DNA of 64,000 bases from Thermofilaceae archaeon. Lineage in GTDB: Archaea; Thermoproteota; Thermoprotei; Thermofilales; Thermofilaceae. The stretch is taken from positions 1 to 64,000 of the forward strand of contig JAVYWK010000006.1 of assembly GCA_038727095.1 (NCBI GenBank), read 5' to 3'. Below, in pieces: positions 7,867 to 18,016 of the stretch. Position 1 is the stretch's first letter. Every line of letters starts with the position of its first letter. The position numbers were made by a program, and so were the translations under genes. The notes below the pieces were generated by a model. It had not been told where the DNA came from. It searched no databases and was given only the letters and a program-made list of their open reading frames with translations.

Positions 7867-10575
7867 TTAACTGATTTTAATTGAGAGCTCTCTTTTCACC
7901 TCTAGTATCTCTGGTAGCTCTACTGTTATTGTATCATCTGCAATGTATGCTTTTGCTGCAACTTCCGCGCCGTCTATGTTGACTTTGATATTGGTTAAAT
8001 TCGGTATCAGCTTCGCTATCTTGATGGTTTTCAGCTTTAGACATCCATTCTCGATACGTATGAGAAGGTTTTGCATACCGTTCTCCACCTTCTGCTCCAC
8101 AAGGCCCCAAGTCCCCGCGACAGTTAGTAACCCTTTGAAAGCCTTTTCGTTAATCTTTGGAGCGAACTTTAGGCTTGCATCGAAACCGTTGTAAGATAGC
8201 CCTTCGAGTGCCATTAGGACGAGCCACGAGTCCATCGCCCTGTAGTAGTGCCCGCCGCACTCGATGTGGTTCCAGTATAGCCCGTATCTAGCGTACCTCT
8301 CGTGGACGGCTTTCAGAATGTTTAAAGCTTCCTCCAGAAGCCCCTCGTGGATCATGTGGGCTGCAACTTCAAACTCTATGCCCGTCCAGGGGGTATCGAT
8401 CTGCGAGCCAATCTCGTACAATAGGCCGGTCCCGTTGGGCAGCGGCATATCGCCGGAGACGGCTGGTCTCGGCCTGCCCGGGTACGAGCCGTTGATTAAA
8501 CCTTCTTCACCTTTAAAGTTGTACTTGTAGATGCTTCTAAGAGCGCTTAGCACCTTCTCTCTTTCGACTACGTAACCAAGATCGAGCAGGAGGCTCAAGT
8601 ACATCTGGCCGTCGAGATGGGAGGATGAACAACCGCTATCCCTCAGTCCGCTTACGGGCTCAACCCAGAGGTCGAAGTACTCCCCGTTCCACAGCATCCG
8701 CTCCAGGTTAGCTTTAGCCTCTTCCAGGGTTTTCGCTGCGAACTCTGTGTAACCGCTGTCCCCTAGAACATGCGCAGCCCATTCAGCCGCCTTCAAGGAT
8801 GCCAGCCAGAGGATCCCAGTGAAAGAGGTGATACCGATCATGCTCCACGCGTCAAAGGTTTGGACGGATATAGGGACGACTGTGTAGCCCGCAGCCGCTG
8901 CCGCTATGAGCTGCGCAGCAAAGCCGCCGGCGAATCTACCCACGCTTTGACGGAGAGCCTCGTAGCCGGCTGGCGTGTAGTGGTACAGAAGCTTCAACCC
9001 GAGTGGGTCGTGAGTCCTCAGTATTACGCTGATCGCGCTCTTAATGGAGTCCCAGAGCTTTCTGAGGAGCTCGCGGTCTCCCGTCCAGATCGCATCTCTG
9101 ACGACCATCAGGACATGCTCTAGGCACATGTCAGGCCTGTCGTAAGTGTCAGGCCTCTTGAAGGAGCCGACAAAGAAGTGCATCACCCTACCTGTGGGAT
9201 CGAGCCCCGTCTCCTTCACGACTTCCCTGACCGCTTCCCTGAACTTTCCGAGGTCTGTAGCGATGCTGGGATTCTTCTGAACCCTCTCCTTGAGCTTCAT
9301 GAAGTTCTCGGGGTGGGCGAGGGCGAACATCTCGTAGTACGGCCAGAGGTCGGGCTTGAGCTGCCATTTCGCGTGATACTCAATCCACCTCTTCTCGAGC
9401 TCAGGGAAGAGCTGGAGCACCATGACCGAGCCGTAGAAGGCCACGTCGGTGGTGTTGTGGCCGCAGCACCCGTAGCCCTCCCATACGCCGAAGAGACCCT
9501 CTTTCGTTAGGTATGTGCACTTCTGCAACGTTGTTAGCTGCGAAGCGATTAGGTCAACCAGCCAATAGTCGACCGTTGTGGAGTAGAGTGCATCGTGGAA
9601 GCACCTTGTTGATTCGCGGAGTCGCTTCAAGTTCTTTGAAACGAAGTTAACGACATCCCACGCCGAGCTGAAGCTCCTCTCGTAGTAGTGCCCCAAGCGG
9701 AACCCGAGCTCATCGATGAAGTTCGGGAAGAACCAAGCCAACGCCAGTGGTACTTCCCGTTCTTCTCCAGCAGCTAGAGCGATCTCAGCGGTCAGCATTA
9801 CGTAGAACTTCCCCTCGAGAATGTCCTCTTTCGCGGGCTCTTCAAGCAGCCCCTTTGACCTGAATTCGACCCAGCACCTCCTCAGCCCCGGCACATCGAT
9901 CGGCGCCCCCCATCGAACTCCGATCCGGCAGTCCCTGCCAAGAACCGCCAGCGCGATAGATCCCCTGTACATGCAGTGCTTCTCGTCCACTCCCTCTCCC
10001 TGCATTTCGAAGCCCACGCAGCTCTCCTCTCGCACGACCCTTACTCTCGTCCGCACCGGTACTTCTCCAAAGGGCGTTTTCATGCCCGCTAAGACGCTGA
10101 CCCCAAGCGGACTGCGGCTCTCGTTCTTCAGCTTCAGCACGAAAAGGCCTATGGGTAGCGCTGAGTCCTCCACGTCGCCCGGTATGAGGGGGGTGAAGGC
10201 TTCAATCGTGACTTTCACCGGTAAGTCTGCGTCCCGGTACTCGAGGAAGGCGAAGGGCGGCTCACCGTTGAACTCGACCTCGTCGACCGACCTAAGCCAT
10301 GGCATGGTGTAAGGGTCGCCTCCAAGCTCGTAACCTCTGGACGCGCGAAGCAGCCTTACAACGATCCTCTCCCCCTCCCTTACTCTCAGCGCGAAGAAGA
10401 AGTCGTCCGGCGTCATGAACTCCTTATCCCTATCTGCTTTCCTCCAAGCCCATGAGCCGTTATTGAAGATGTGCCACTCATACAACCTCCCGTCGCCTCT
10501 GATCTCGACTGTTCCACAGCCGATGCCGCCCAATGGGATGCCGGAAGCCCCAGCGTAGCGGATAGGAACCTTCAC
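7867..10575 (-). CDS. GH116 family glycoside hydrolase (non-lysosomal glucosylceramidase-like)
   Basis: N-terminal SGIPLGGIGCG, NTTDVAFY, QTFDAW, LWNGEY, WTGIEF, IECGGHYYRAM motifs. Confidence 0.9.
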   Translation of the reverse strand: MKVPIRYAGASGIPLGGIGCGTVEIRGDGRLYEWHIFNNGSWAWRKADRDKEFMTPDDFFFALRVREGERIVVRLLRASRGYELGGDPYTMPWLRSVDEVEFNGEPPFAFLEYRDADLPVKVTIEAFTPLIPGDVEDSALPIGLFVLKLKNESRSPLGVSVLAGMKTPFGEVPVRTRVRVVREESCVGFEMQGEGVDEKHCMYRGSIALAVLGRDCRIGVRWGAPIDVPGLRRCWVEFRSKGLLEEPAKEDILEGKFYVMLTAEIALAAGEEREVPLALAWFFPNFIDELGFRLGHYYERSFSSAWDVVNFVSKNLKRLRESTRCFHDALYSTTVDYWLVDLIASQLTTLQKCTYLTKEGLFGVWEGYGCCGHNTTDVAFYGSVMVLQLFPELEKRWIEYHAKWQLKPDLWPYYEMFALAHPENFMKLKERVQKNPSIATDLGKFREAVREVVKETGLDPTGRVMHFFVGSFKRPDTYDRPDMCLEHVLMVVRDAIWTGDRELLRKLWDSIKSAISVILRTHDPLGLKLLYHYTPAGYEALRQSVGRFAGGFAAQLIAAAAAGYTVVPISVQTFDAWSMIGITSFTGILWLASLKAAEWAAHVLGDSGYTEFAAKTLEEAKANLERMLWNGEYFDLWVEPVSGLRDSGCSSSHLDGQMYLSLLLDLGYVVEREKVLSALRSIYKYNFKGEEGLINGSYPGRPRPAVSGDMPLPNGTGLLYEIGSQIDTPWTGIEFEVAAHMIHEGLLEEALNILKAVHERYARYGLYWNHIECGGHYYRAMDSWLVLMALEGLSYNGFDASLKFAPKINEKAFKGLLTVAGTWGLVEQKVENGMQNLLIRIENGCLKLKTIKIAKLIPNLTNIKVNIDGAEVAAKAYIADDTITVELPEILEVKRELSIKIS

Positions 10576-10771
10576 GTTGGACTAAGCGGTTCGTGGCATA
10601 TATATTGGTGCTCCCCCGCGGGTTCGGGACTTCGCGCACAGGGTCGGTAACTCCCTAAAACAATCGTAAATCTGCGTGACAGTGTGCCTTGGCATGCATC
10701 GGTTTATGCTTTCCGAGTTCTCCGCGCCTGTCCCTCCGCTCAGCTGATCCGCGCAGCTGGTTGGTATCAAT

Positions 10772-10780
10772 GCTTATATC
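10772..10780 (+). promoter_or_regulatory. TATA box for the sRNA locus
   Basis: GCTTATATC about 25 nt upstream of the C box at 10804. Confidence 0.5.
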
Positions 10781-10800
10781 CCGTGGAGGTTCTTTTGATC

Positions 10801-10856
10801 GGGATGAGGAGCGTTCCCCTTACCCCGAGGGGTGATGAGAGATAGGTAGGCCGACC
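10801..10856 (+). ncRNA. Box C/D guide sRNA
   Basis: C box ATGAGGA (10804-10810), 14-nt guide, D' CCGA (10825-10828), C' GTGATGA (10832-10838), 12-nt guide, D CCGA (10851-10854). Confidence 0.72.
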
Positions 10857-10857
10857 G

Positions 10858-10931
10858 GCCCCGCTCGCGCACACACCCGGACACGGCCGAGGCCGTGGAT
10901 GAAGCGGTGTGCCGGTGGCGGGGCTACACCT
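10858..10931 (+). ncRNA. Box H/ACA pseudouridylation guide sRNA (single hairpin with K-turn)
   Basis: Lower stem 10858-10865/10917-10924, pocket, upper stem CACACC/GGTGTG, K-turn (GA at 10880-10881; GAT bulge plus GA at 10898-10902), ACA at 10926-10928, 14 nt from the upper stem. Confidence 0.75.
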
Positions 10932-12003
10932 TCACAATGTTGAAGCCGGAGGCCTTCCTGAGCCTGTTCATGATTGTCAGACCCAGGCCCCTCTCCTCCA
11001 TCCCTTCGGCTATTACGAGTTGGAGGCCTTCGTCGTCGACCTCTCTCAGCACTCTGAAGAGGTTCCTCGCTATCGTAAAGGGGTCTCTCCGCGATCCAAG
11101 GCACTTGAGGCTGACTCGACCCCTTAAAGGGGAGTAGAGATCGATGGTTTCTTCGGTGCACAGGATGCCTACTCGTACCCCCTTTGCGATGTGTTTCGCG
11201 GCGACTTCAATCACCTTCTCAGCGATTTTCTCGAGGTTGCTGTAATCGTCGGACTCGACCACGATGAGGGCAGCTTGGGGAGCGTAGTGCCTGTAGCGCG
11301 TCCCAGGCGCGAGAGCTCTCTCAGCCTCCCCCAACCCTCTGGCGAACGGGGGGATCACCACCCTTTTCCCCAATACCTTCTCCACATTCTCGACGGGTAG
11401 AGCACCGGGCCTCAGAAGCGTCGGGGGATCGGTTGTCAGGTCGATGATCGTGGACTCTACTCCGTATAGCGTCTCGCCGGCGTCGAGGATGCCTTCGATC
11501 TTCCCATACAAGTCCCTGATGACATGCGTAGGTGATGTGGGCGATGGTCTGCCGGAGACGTTGGCACTGGGAGCAGCGATGGGTGAGCCAAGGTCGTTGA
11601 TGAGCGCGAGTGCCACTTTGTGCGCCGGCATCCTCACAGCAACCTTCGGTAAACCCGCTGTCACTTCCTCCGGTACGGCATCTGCCTTCGGGATCACGAT
11701 GGTTAACGGACCTGGCCAGAAAGCCTCTGCAAGCCTCTCCACAATCTCTGGTGCCCTGTTTGAAACGGAAGCGATTTGCTCAATGCTCGAAATATGAATG
11801 ATAAGAGGATTATCCGACGGTCTCCCTTTGACTTGGTAGATCCTCCTAACAGCGCTCTTATTGAACGAGTCGGCTCCAAGCCCGTAAACAGTCTCCGTTG
11901 GGAAGGCTACCAGCCCGCCTTCCGTCAGTAGGGCTGCAGCCTCAGCGATCACCTGGGGTTCCGGGTTTGATGGATCGACACGCCAGATCTTGGTGATTGC
12001 CAC
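10924..12003 (-). CDS. sua5: Threonylcarbamoyl-AMP synthase Sua5
   Basis: VAFPTETVYGLG, KGRPSDNPLI, APSANVSG motifs, PG..YRHYAP linker and C-terminal SUA5 domain. Confidence 0.96.
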   Translation of the reverse strand: MAITKIWRVDPSNPEPQVIAEAAALLTEGGLVAFPTETVYGLGADSFNKSAVRRIYQVKGRPSDNPLIIHISSIEQIASVSNRAPEIVERLAEAFWPGPLTIVIPKADAVPEEVTAGLPKVAVRMPAHKVALALINDLGSPIAAPSANVSGRPSPTSPTHVIRDLYGKIEGILDAGETLYGVESTIIDLTTDPPTLLRPGALPVENVEKVLGKRVVIPPFARGLGEAERALAPGTRYRHYAPQAALIVVESDDYSNLEKIAEKVIEVAAKHIAKGVRVGILCTEETIDLYSPLRGRVSLKCLGSRRDPFTIARNLFRVLREVDDEGLQLVIAEGMEERGLGLTIMNRLRKASGFNIVKV

Positions 12004-12005
12004 GG

Positions 12006-14255
12006 TTAAACTGTGGGTGTGCGCACTTGGGTTTTTCGGGAGGCCCAGTCTGTTCTCGCCTCCTCGACTGGTTCGATCTCGACGAGTATGTTGTAGGGCT
12101 CATGCCCTCTCCTGAGAACCGCTCGACCTACGATCCCTGCTTGGAACCACGATAGTTCGATGGGGGTTAGGGCCATGTAGACCTGCGTCATAGATACGTA
12201 GTCAGGGTCGCTGTGAGAGAGAGCGAGCTTCCAGCCCGCAACCCTCCTAAACGCCTCAGGTACGTCGCCCCACTCGTGGGTGAGCATGACGACTGCCAGC
12301 CCAAACTTCCTCAGCATCCTCGCCATCGTGACGATCAGAGGCTCCGTGTAACCTGGAGGGGGAAGCATGAAAAGGTGACCTTCATCAACGATGAGCAGCC
12401 ACCTCGGCTCACTCAAGCCACGAGCTATGGCGCAGTCGCGGAGCTGAGATAGTAGGAGGTCGAACACGACCCTCTGCACCTCTACCGGCATTGCCGTGTA
12501 GCTCCCCTTCGCTGTGCTACCCATACAGAGTACAAACGGCTTGCCCGCTGAGATGAGATCTTCTAAGCTGATTTCCTCTCCCATGAAGTAGTCCTGAAGC
12601 CTCTCCAGCTTCCACTCAAGGCTCGTACCCCTCGCAAGCTCCACTAGCTGTTGGAAGCTCGAAACCCCCCTTGCGAGGCACCTCCTCAGCAGGTGGGCCT
12701 CGTACTCGCTAAGCGGGCTTAAGTACGTAAGCGCTCTCTCAAAGTCGCTGGCGCTGCAGAGGAGCGGGTTAAAGGGTCGGTCCCAAAGATCCAGTATCTC
12801 AAATTCGAACTTCTCGGCGAAGGCCCTGTACTCCCCCGAGGGGTCGACTATGATCGGGGTGATCCCCTTCTCCATCGCCCTCAGCGCGAGGGTTCGGGCC
12901 GTGGTGCTCTTGCCGGAGCCCATCGGACCCACGATCAGCCCGTGCACGTTCTCCAGCAAGTCCAGCTCCAGCCAAACCTCCTCGTCCCTCCTCACGCCCC
13001 GACCCAGGTAGATGGCCCTCGGCGTCCTCCTTGTGCGCGGTCTAAAGAATGTGTAGGGGGCCAACCAAGCGAGCTGGCAGCTGATCTTCACTTGAGAATC
13101 TTTTAGCGGGTAGCCTACTAAAGTGGTAAGCCGCTTGAGCGTTCGTGGTCTTCCCACTAGGGACACCAGCGAGAAGTCTCTTTCAAGCCCTAGCGGCTCG
13201 TAGCGCCACACATCACCGCTAACGAAAATCGCAACCGAGAAAGGTTTGGACCCCCCCTCAAGAGCGCGGTTCATGTTGATCACGTTTAGGGCCTTAAACT
13301 CGTCAGCTAGCTTGCTGACTCCTGCTCTACCTGCTTCAAGCACTTCAAGCGCCCTCTTGACGCTGGCTCCGAAAGTCGCCAGGTCTTCCGGGACTAGGAG
13401 AGCTAGCAGGGAATCATCGCTCCACGTGAAGGCGCTAGCAAAGCTCCTCACAATGGATGCGGCTCCAGCCTGGTCAGGTACTTCCGCGATGCTGTACCTC
13501 AAAGGCATCAGGGTCTTCGGTGCTAAGAGGCAACGTCCACCTCTCACTATCCTCAGCTCCAGCGGAATTAGTGGCAGAGGTATCAGCGCCAAAGGCGCGA
13601 GAGCCGGGTATAGCACGAGGGAAAGCGTTAAGGTTCCCAGCATTAGTACGCTAAACATGGGTAGAGTGGGATGGAAATTCCTCTCATTTAATTCGGCGAC
13701 CGCGGAGAGAACTTCGAGAGGTTCAACGGGCCTTGTGCGAACGCCTAAACCTAACAAGCGGCGCTGTAGTTCCGCCAGCACATGCGGCACGCTCTTCAGA
13801 GCTTCAACCGCGGATTCCGGTAGTACAAAGTTTATCTTCAGGTAGTAATTACGCAAACCGTTATCGGAAGAAGATACGATATTCACAGTCGCTGAGGGAA
13901 GGTACAGTGAGGATACGAAGTGGGTGGCCATCTCGCCCAATCTCACATCGCTCTCCGGTAGATCTACACTATCTACCTTCAAAAAGGCAGATAATACGTA
14001 ACCTCTTCTTGTTTTTAACATTATGTAATCTTTTTTAACTTTAACCTCGGTGATGGGGTCTAGAAGCAAGCTTTTTTCTCCGTAAACCAGTTCGATGAGC
14101 TCAACTCTCTTAGTATAGATGTAGTAGCCCCCCAGTATCAGAGCTAGGATAGCGGGAGGTAGGACTGTTCTACCGGCTATAGCCGCAATCAGGGCCAGCA
14201 TCATCGCGAAGAAGAGAATGATCGCTGAAGCTCCCGGTAGGTACACGCCGCTCAC
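12006..14255 (-). CDS. Membrane-anchored VirB4/HerA-like ATPase (CedB/TedB-like); start probably GTG at 14255
   Basis: N-terminal TM pairs; Walker A GPMGSGKST, IVDPSGEY, Walker B LIVDEGH, arginine finger LRKFG; GTGA overlap and GGAGG upstream. Confidence 0.82.
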   Translation of the reverse strand: MSGVYLPGASAIILFFAMMLALIAAIAGRTVLPPAILALILGGYYIYTKRVELIELVYGEKSLLLDPITEVKVKKDYIMLKTRRGYVLSAFLKVDSVDLPESDVRLGEMATHFVSSLYLPSATVNIVSSSDNGLRNYYLKINFVLPESAVEALKSVPHVLAELQRRLLGLGVRTRPVEPLEVLSAVAELNERNFHPTLPMFSVLMLGTLTLSLVLYPALAPLALIPLPLIPLELRIVRGGRCLLAPKTLMPLRYSIAEVPDQAGAASIVRSFASAFTWSDDSLLALLVPEDLATFGASVKRALEVLEAGRAGVSKLADEFKALNVINMNRALEGGSKPFSVAIFVSGDVWRYEPLGLERDFSLVSLVGRPRTLKRLTTLVGYPLKDSQVKISCQLAWLAPYTFFRPRTRRTPRAIYLGRGVRRDEEVWLELDLLENVHGLIVGPMGSGKSTTARTLALRAMEKGITPIIVDPSGEYRAFAEKFEFEILDLWDRPFNPLLCSASDFERALTYLSPLSEYEAHLLRRCLARGVSSFQQLVELARGTSLEWKLERLQDYFMGEEISLEDLISAGKPFVLCMGSTAKGSYTAMPVEVQRVVFDLLLSQLRDCAIARGLSEPRWLLIVDEGHLFMLPPPGYTEPLIVTMARMLRKFGLAVVMLTHEWGDVPEAFRRVAGWKLALSHSDPDYVSMTQVYMALTPIELSWFQAGIVGRAVLRRGHEPYNILVEIEPVEEARTDWASRKTQVRTPTV

Positions 14256-17200
14256 CTCCTCAAAAGGCGGAGGTTGTCCTCCACCCAAATGCTTAGTTTA
14301 ACATAGTAACCAATAATTTTAACTGCAACTCTTTGCCACCGCTCAAGCGCATCTAGGAGATCTGCGCTTTCAGGGCGAACGCTCCTGCGTAAAGCCAACT
14401 TTAAGTCGGAGCATTCGGCTAAAAGAGCTTCTATCGTTTTAATTGCAATGATCAAGCTCTGATGTAGACCCTCCAACCGACCTATGAGCTCCCTTCGCTC
14501 AGCTTGAGCCTCAGCAGCTAAAGCAACACTCCTACCGGGTGGGGGCAGGAGCCCGTAGTGCTCAACCGATTTTAACCGCTCATCGACCTCAACGAGCGTG
14601 TTCGCGAGCTCTCGGTACACTCTTTCAAGGAAACCACCCGCAGAACGCACCAATGCTTGATCCTCGAAGAGCGGCCTAAGTCTCCTAACCGCAATTTCGA
14701 ATATCTCTCTCACGAGCGCCTCCGCTCCTCCCTGTTTTTCGGAAAGAGCCGCAGCCCAACCAGCCCAGTACATGTCACCGCTAAGGATCAACGCATCTAC
14801 CGCGCCGCTCAGATCCATGTCCCTATCCCCCCGCAGAGCATCCGCGTAGCCTTGCAGGAAGCGTGTTGCTTGCTCATCAACTCCTTCATCCCTCAGAGCA
14901 TTACTGAGGTCAAAGCTCGTGACCCCTCTCGCCCACATGCTTGCAACTTCGAGCAGTAAGCTCTTGACCTCAGGGTGAAGACGCGGAAGGAACCATGGCT
15001 CCCTACCCTCGGCTAGCTCGCTCGCCGCTCTTATGAGCAGGTAGCGCCAAGGTTGGTTACGCTCAAGCGACGTAAGCCATACCGCGCCCAGATCCGTTTC
15101 AAACCCCCTTTCTCGACTTACTCTAGATAGGGTGGTGGCTATGGCTTCCCACCACGCTGTTCTAACCACGGAATCACCGATTGCCGCCTTATCTGCGATT
15201 GAAAGCGCAGCTGCCGGATAACGCTCGAGTAGTTTGAAAAACTCTTTTCGAGTGAAACCCTCTGCGGCAGCTAGTCCAATGATCCTGGCGGCGAGCTCCT
15301 CCACCGATCCAAAGGACGCTCCTCCGAGGTAGCGATCGTATCTGGCTATAAGGTGCGGGCGTTGCGACGCAAGACGCTCGAGCTTGGATAAGCTCCTTGA
15401 AGGATCACGCCCCGCGAGGACATCGCGCGCAACTGCCGCGAGGTACTTCTCGAACTCCAACTTGGGCTTCTTCATCCTCCTCAAATCTCCTTCCGACATT
15501 TCCTTCGGGTAGAGTAGGTGATAGCCCCTAACGAAATGCTTTGTGTAACGAACTGTTTGAGTTAACGTTCCGAGCCGAGCTTCGAGGAGTAGCGAAGCTG
15601 CGTAAAGGGTATCGCTAGCAATGATGAGCTTCCGCGCTACAGGGTCAGTTAGAGCTAGACGGAGCTTCTCAACGTACGGAACGTACAGCCGCACTCTGCT
15701 TAAGGCGGTTCTTTCCGCTACTTCGCTTGCAACTCGAAGCAGTGCAGGCAAGGGGTGGAGACTGTGGTACCTCGACCATGCCTGAAAGAGCTTTGCAGTC
15801 GCTCTTCTGAGCCGGCTACGTCGGTGGTCTAGACCCCTTCTGAGCTGCTCTATGCTCATCCGAATTTCTACGGCTGGATCGAGAGCCGTGAGGATCAGAG
15901 GCTCCCTCAAGCTTCGAGGATCGTGCCCGAATTTAACCGTGATAGCGATCTCCATAAACAGCGATGTAAAACTCCTACCAATCTGCTCAAGATTATAGAG
16001 CGTTGAGCGCAGCGGCTTCAATATTGGAGGGAGATGGAGTGCGCCGAAGCCTCCAATGACACTGGACAGGAATGCTGTTGCGACTACCACGGCGAATAAA
16101 AGAACGGCTAACTGGGCTAATAGACCAACATGCTCTAAAAGGGAGGCTGCGCTGATTCTTAAGCGTTCAGCCACGGTACCGTTGAGGATCGGTTCGAGGT
16201 CCCCATCGTATAGCAGGCCCGCAATTACGCTTTCGTTCATTAGGGTAAATGCTGACAGAGCGCGCTCAGCTGGGCACCTTTCATCCCCACTTAGGAGCGA
16301 GAGTATAACCTCAAACCTTTCCGGTGGAAAACCGGATTTCGCAGGCCCAATGACAGCCGGTTCTACGAGATCCCCGTAGTACCTAGCATGCACAATAACT
16401 TTGGGAACGTTAGACCTGGGCCAGAGCGATCTAGAGTAGAAGACGCTTCCGTCGACCTCAGCAGCTTCAATCATCCCTCTACCGTAAAGGCAGACTTTCA
16501 CTCCACTGTAGTTAGTTAAAGGTGGCATGGAGGCATTAATCAACCGGGCCCATTGATCGAACCATAGGGCTTCGATCGACCTAGCGTCGGGGAGTGATGG
16601 TTCAACGTAGCTGATCTCGCAGCTTAAAATAGGTTCGAGTTCAACGATTTCATTGCCTACTTTCAACCTGCTCATACCCTTCTTTAGAACAGTCGGTATC
16701 CCATTTTCGCATATAGCATTAAAATCGAAGTGCCCCTCAATCCGAGCAGTTACTTCTATGAACTTTACATTAATATCAACTATTTCTCCAGATGATAATC
16801 TGATCTTTATAGTTTCATTCCCTTCCCTCCATTCACAATAGCTTGGATGAAGAATAGCAACTATCTGATGATCACTAAGAAAGTTACTTACGTTGTACCA
16901 TGGTAGCGGGCCGGTAAACCTCTCTGAACCGTCAAGAACGAAGAAACCTCTAGCCCTCCAGTATCCCCATCCTTTTCCTACATCCGTTGCATCATAGAAT
17001 AAAACCAAAGCATCCTCTGAAGCGCTCACATTTACGGTGACCCATGTAATATTTTCTACGTGAACTTTACACTCAGGCACCGTTCCTGGCAACCCATCAC
17101 ATGCTACCTTTAGTTGAGCCCCCTTCTCCGGCCTGAACGTAGTTTTTAATACCGGCAGCCAGTAACCAGCGTAACTAACGCCCAGCGCAACATAATCTGA

Positions 17201-18016
17201 ATCTCTTTCCAGGTACCATTGACCGAGCGGGCGAGCTAACACCCTTCCTCCTTGGTCAGAGTACACTAACACTCCCCCAGGAGGGATTGGGTACAGCTCC
17301 TCATGAACGGAGATCACTTCTTCCCTAATGCTAGCTTTAGGTGTTCGGAATAATCCCTGTAAATGGATTGCACCTACGTCGTCAACCCTCTCAGGAGCTC
17401 TTTCGGGTTGGCCGAAGCGGGGGGTTAGTAAGTTTACTATAGCAGGTAAAGCTAAAGACACTGATACAGCGATTGCGAAGAGGGTCGCTCCTAGCCTCCT
17501 AGTTCTTCTGGGTATCATCAGAAGCCCAGCAAATGGGAAAAGCGAACGAAAAAGTTGAGATATCTCAGCGATCTTTATAAAGAGCTGACCTACGAACCGG
17601 TAAACACTCGATATAGCAACGTAAGCGTTTGATAAGCTCAGTAGAGCGTTGATACCACTCTGAGCTAAGAATGCCGTTGCGACGAACCCTTTAACTGCGA
17701 GGAGTACGGAAATAGCAGCCAAAGCTATGGAGCTGACAATCGATAAATAGTAGCTCCATTTCACGGCGTTGGTTAATGCCTCCTCCGCTGATTTAATTAA
17801 TTCTACCCCATTTCTTCGCGCGAGATCTGTTGAAAAGAGTTCAATCGGTGCACCGCTCAGTCGTGAAGCAGCCTCCACCAAATCTATCGTTACCAAGAGA
17901 ACTGAAATTATAAAAAATGCTACTGGCGCTACTAAACGCTCGCCTTTACGCTTCGCGAAAACTACGGCGAATGCCGCCTCAGTTACTAAAACCATCGTAA
18001 AGGCATCCGCTATCAT
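14252..18016 (-). CDS. Large CedA/VirB6-like polytopic membrane protein with inserted soluble domain; start probably ATG at 18016
   Basis: N-terminal TM cluster with IPRTRRLGATL, a large beta-rich soluble segment, another TM, then a helical tail; ATGA overlap. Confidence 0.62.
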   Translation of the reverse strand: MIADAFTMVLVTEAAFAVVFAKRKGERLVAPVAFFIISVLLVTIDLVEAASRLSGAPIELFSTDLARRNGVELIKSAEEALTNAVKWSYYLSIVSSIALAAISVLLAVKGFVATAFLAQSGINALLSLSNAYVAISSVYRFVGQLFIKIAEISQLFRSLFPFAGLLMIPRRTRRLGATLFAIAVSVSLALPAIVNLLTPRFGQPERAPERVDDVGAIHLQGLFRTPKASIREEVISVHEELYPIPPGGVLVYSDQGGRVLARPLGQWYLERDSDYVALGVSYAGYWLPVLKTTFRPEKGAQLKVACDGLPGTVPECKVHVENITWVTVNVSASEDALVLFYDATDVGKGWGYWRARGFFVLDGSERFTGPLPWYNVSNFLSDHQIVAILHPSYCEWREGNETIKIRLSSGEIVDINVKFIEVTARIEGHFDFNAICENGIPTVLKKGMSRLKVGNEIVELEPILSCEISYVEPSLPDARSIEALWFDQWARLINASMPPLTNYSGVKVCLYGRGMIEAAEVDGSVFYSRSLWPRSNVPKVIVHARYYGDLVEPAVIGPAKSGFPPERFEVILSLLSGDERCPAERALSAFTLMNESVIAGLLYDGDLEPILNGTVAERLRISAASLLEHVGLLAQLAVLLFAVVVATAFLSSVIGGFGALHLPPILKPLRSTLYNLEQIGRSFTSLFMEIAITVKFGHDPRSLREPLILTALDPAVEIRMSIEQLRRGLDHRRSRLRRATAKLFQAWSRYHSLHPLPALLRVASEVAERTALSRVRLYVPYVEKLRLALTDPVARKLIIASDTLYAASLLLEARLGTLTQTVRYTKHFVRGYHLLYPKEMSEGDLRRMKKPKLEFEKYLAAVARDVLAGRDPSRSLSKLERLASQRPHLIARYDRYLGGASFGSVEELAARIIGLAAAEGFTRKEFFKLLERYPAAALSIADKAAIGDSVVRTAWWEAIATTLSRVSRERGFETDLGAVWLTSLERNQPWRYLLIRAASELAEGREPWFLPRLHPEVKSLLLEVASMWARGVTSFDLSNALRDEGVDEQATRFLQGYADALRGDRDMDLSGAVDALILSGDMYWAGWAAALSEKQGGAEALVREIFEIAVRRLRPLFEDQALVRSAGGFLERVYRELANTLVEVDERLKSVEHYGLLPPPGRSVALAAEAQAERRELIGRLEGLHQSLIIAIKTIEALLAECSDLKLALRRSVRPESADLLDALERWQRVAVKIIGYYVKLSIWVEDNLRLLRR

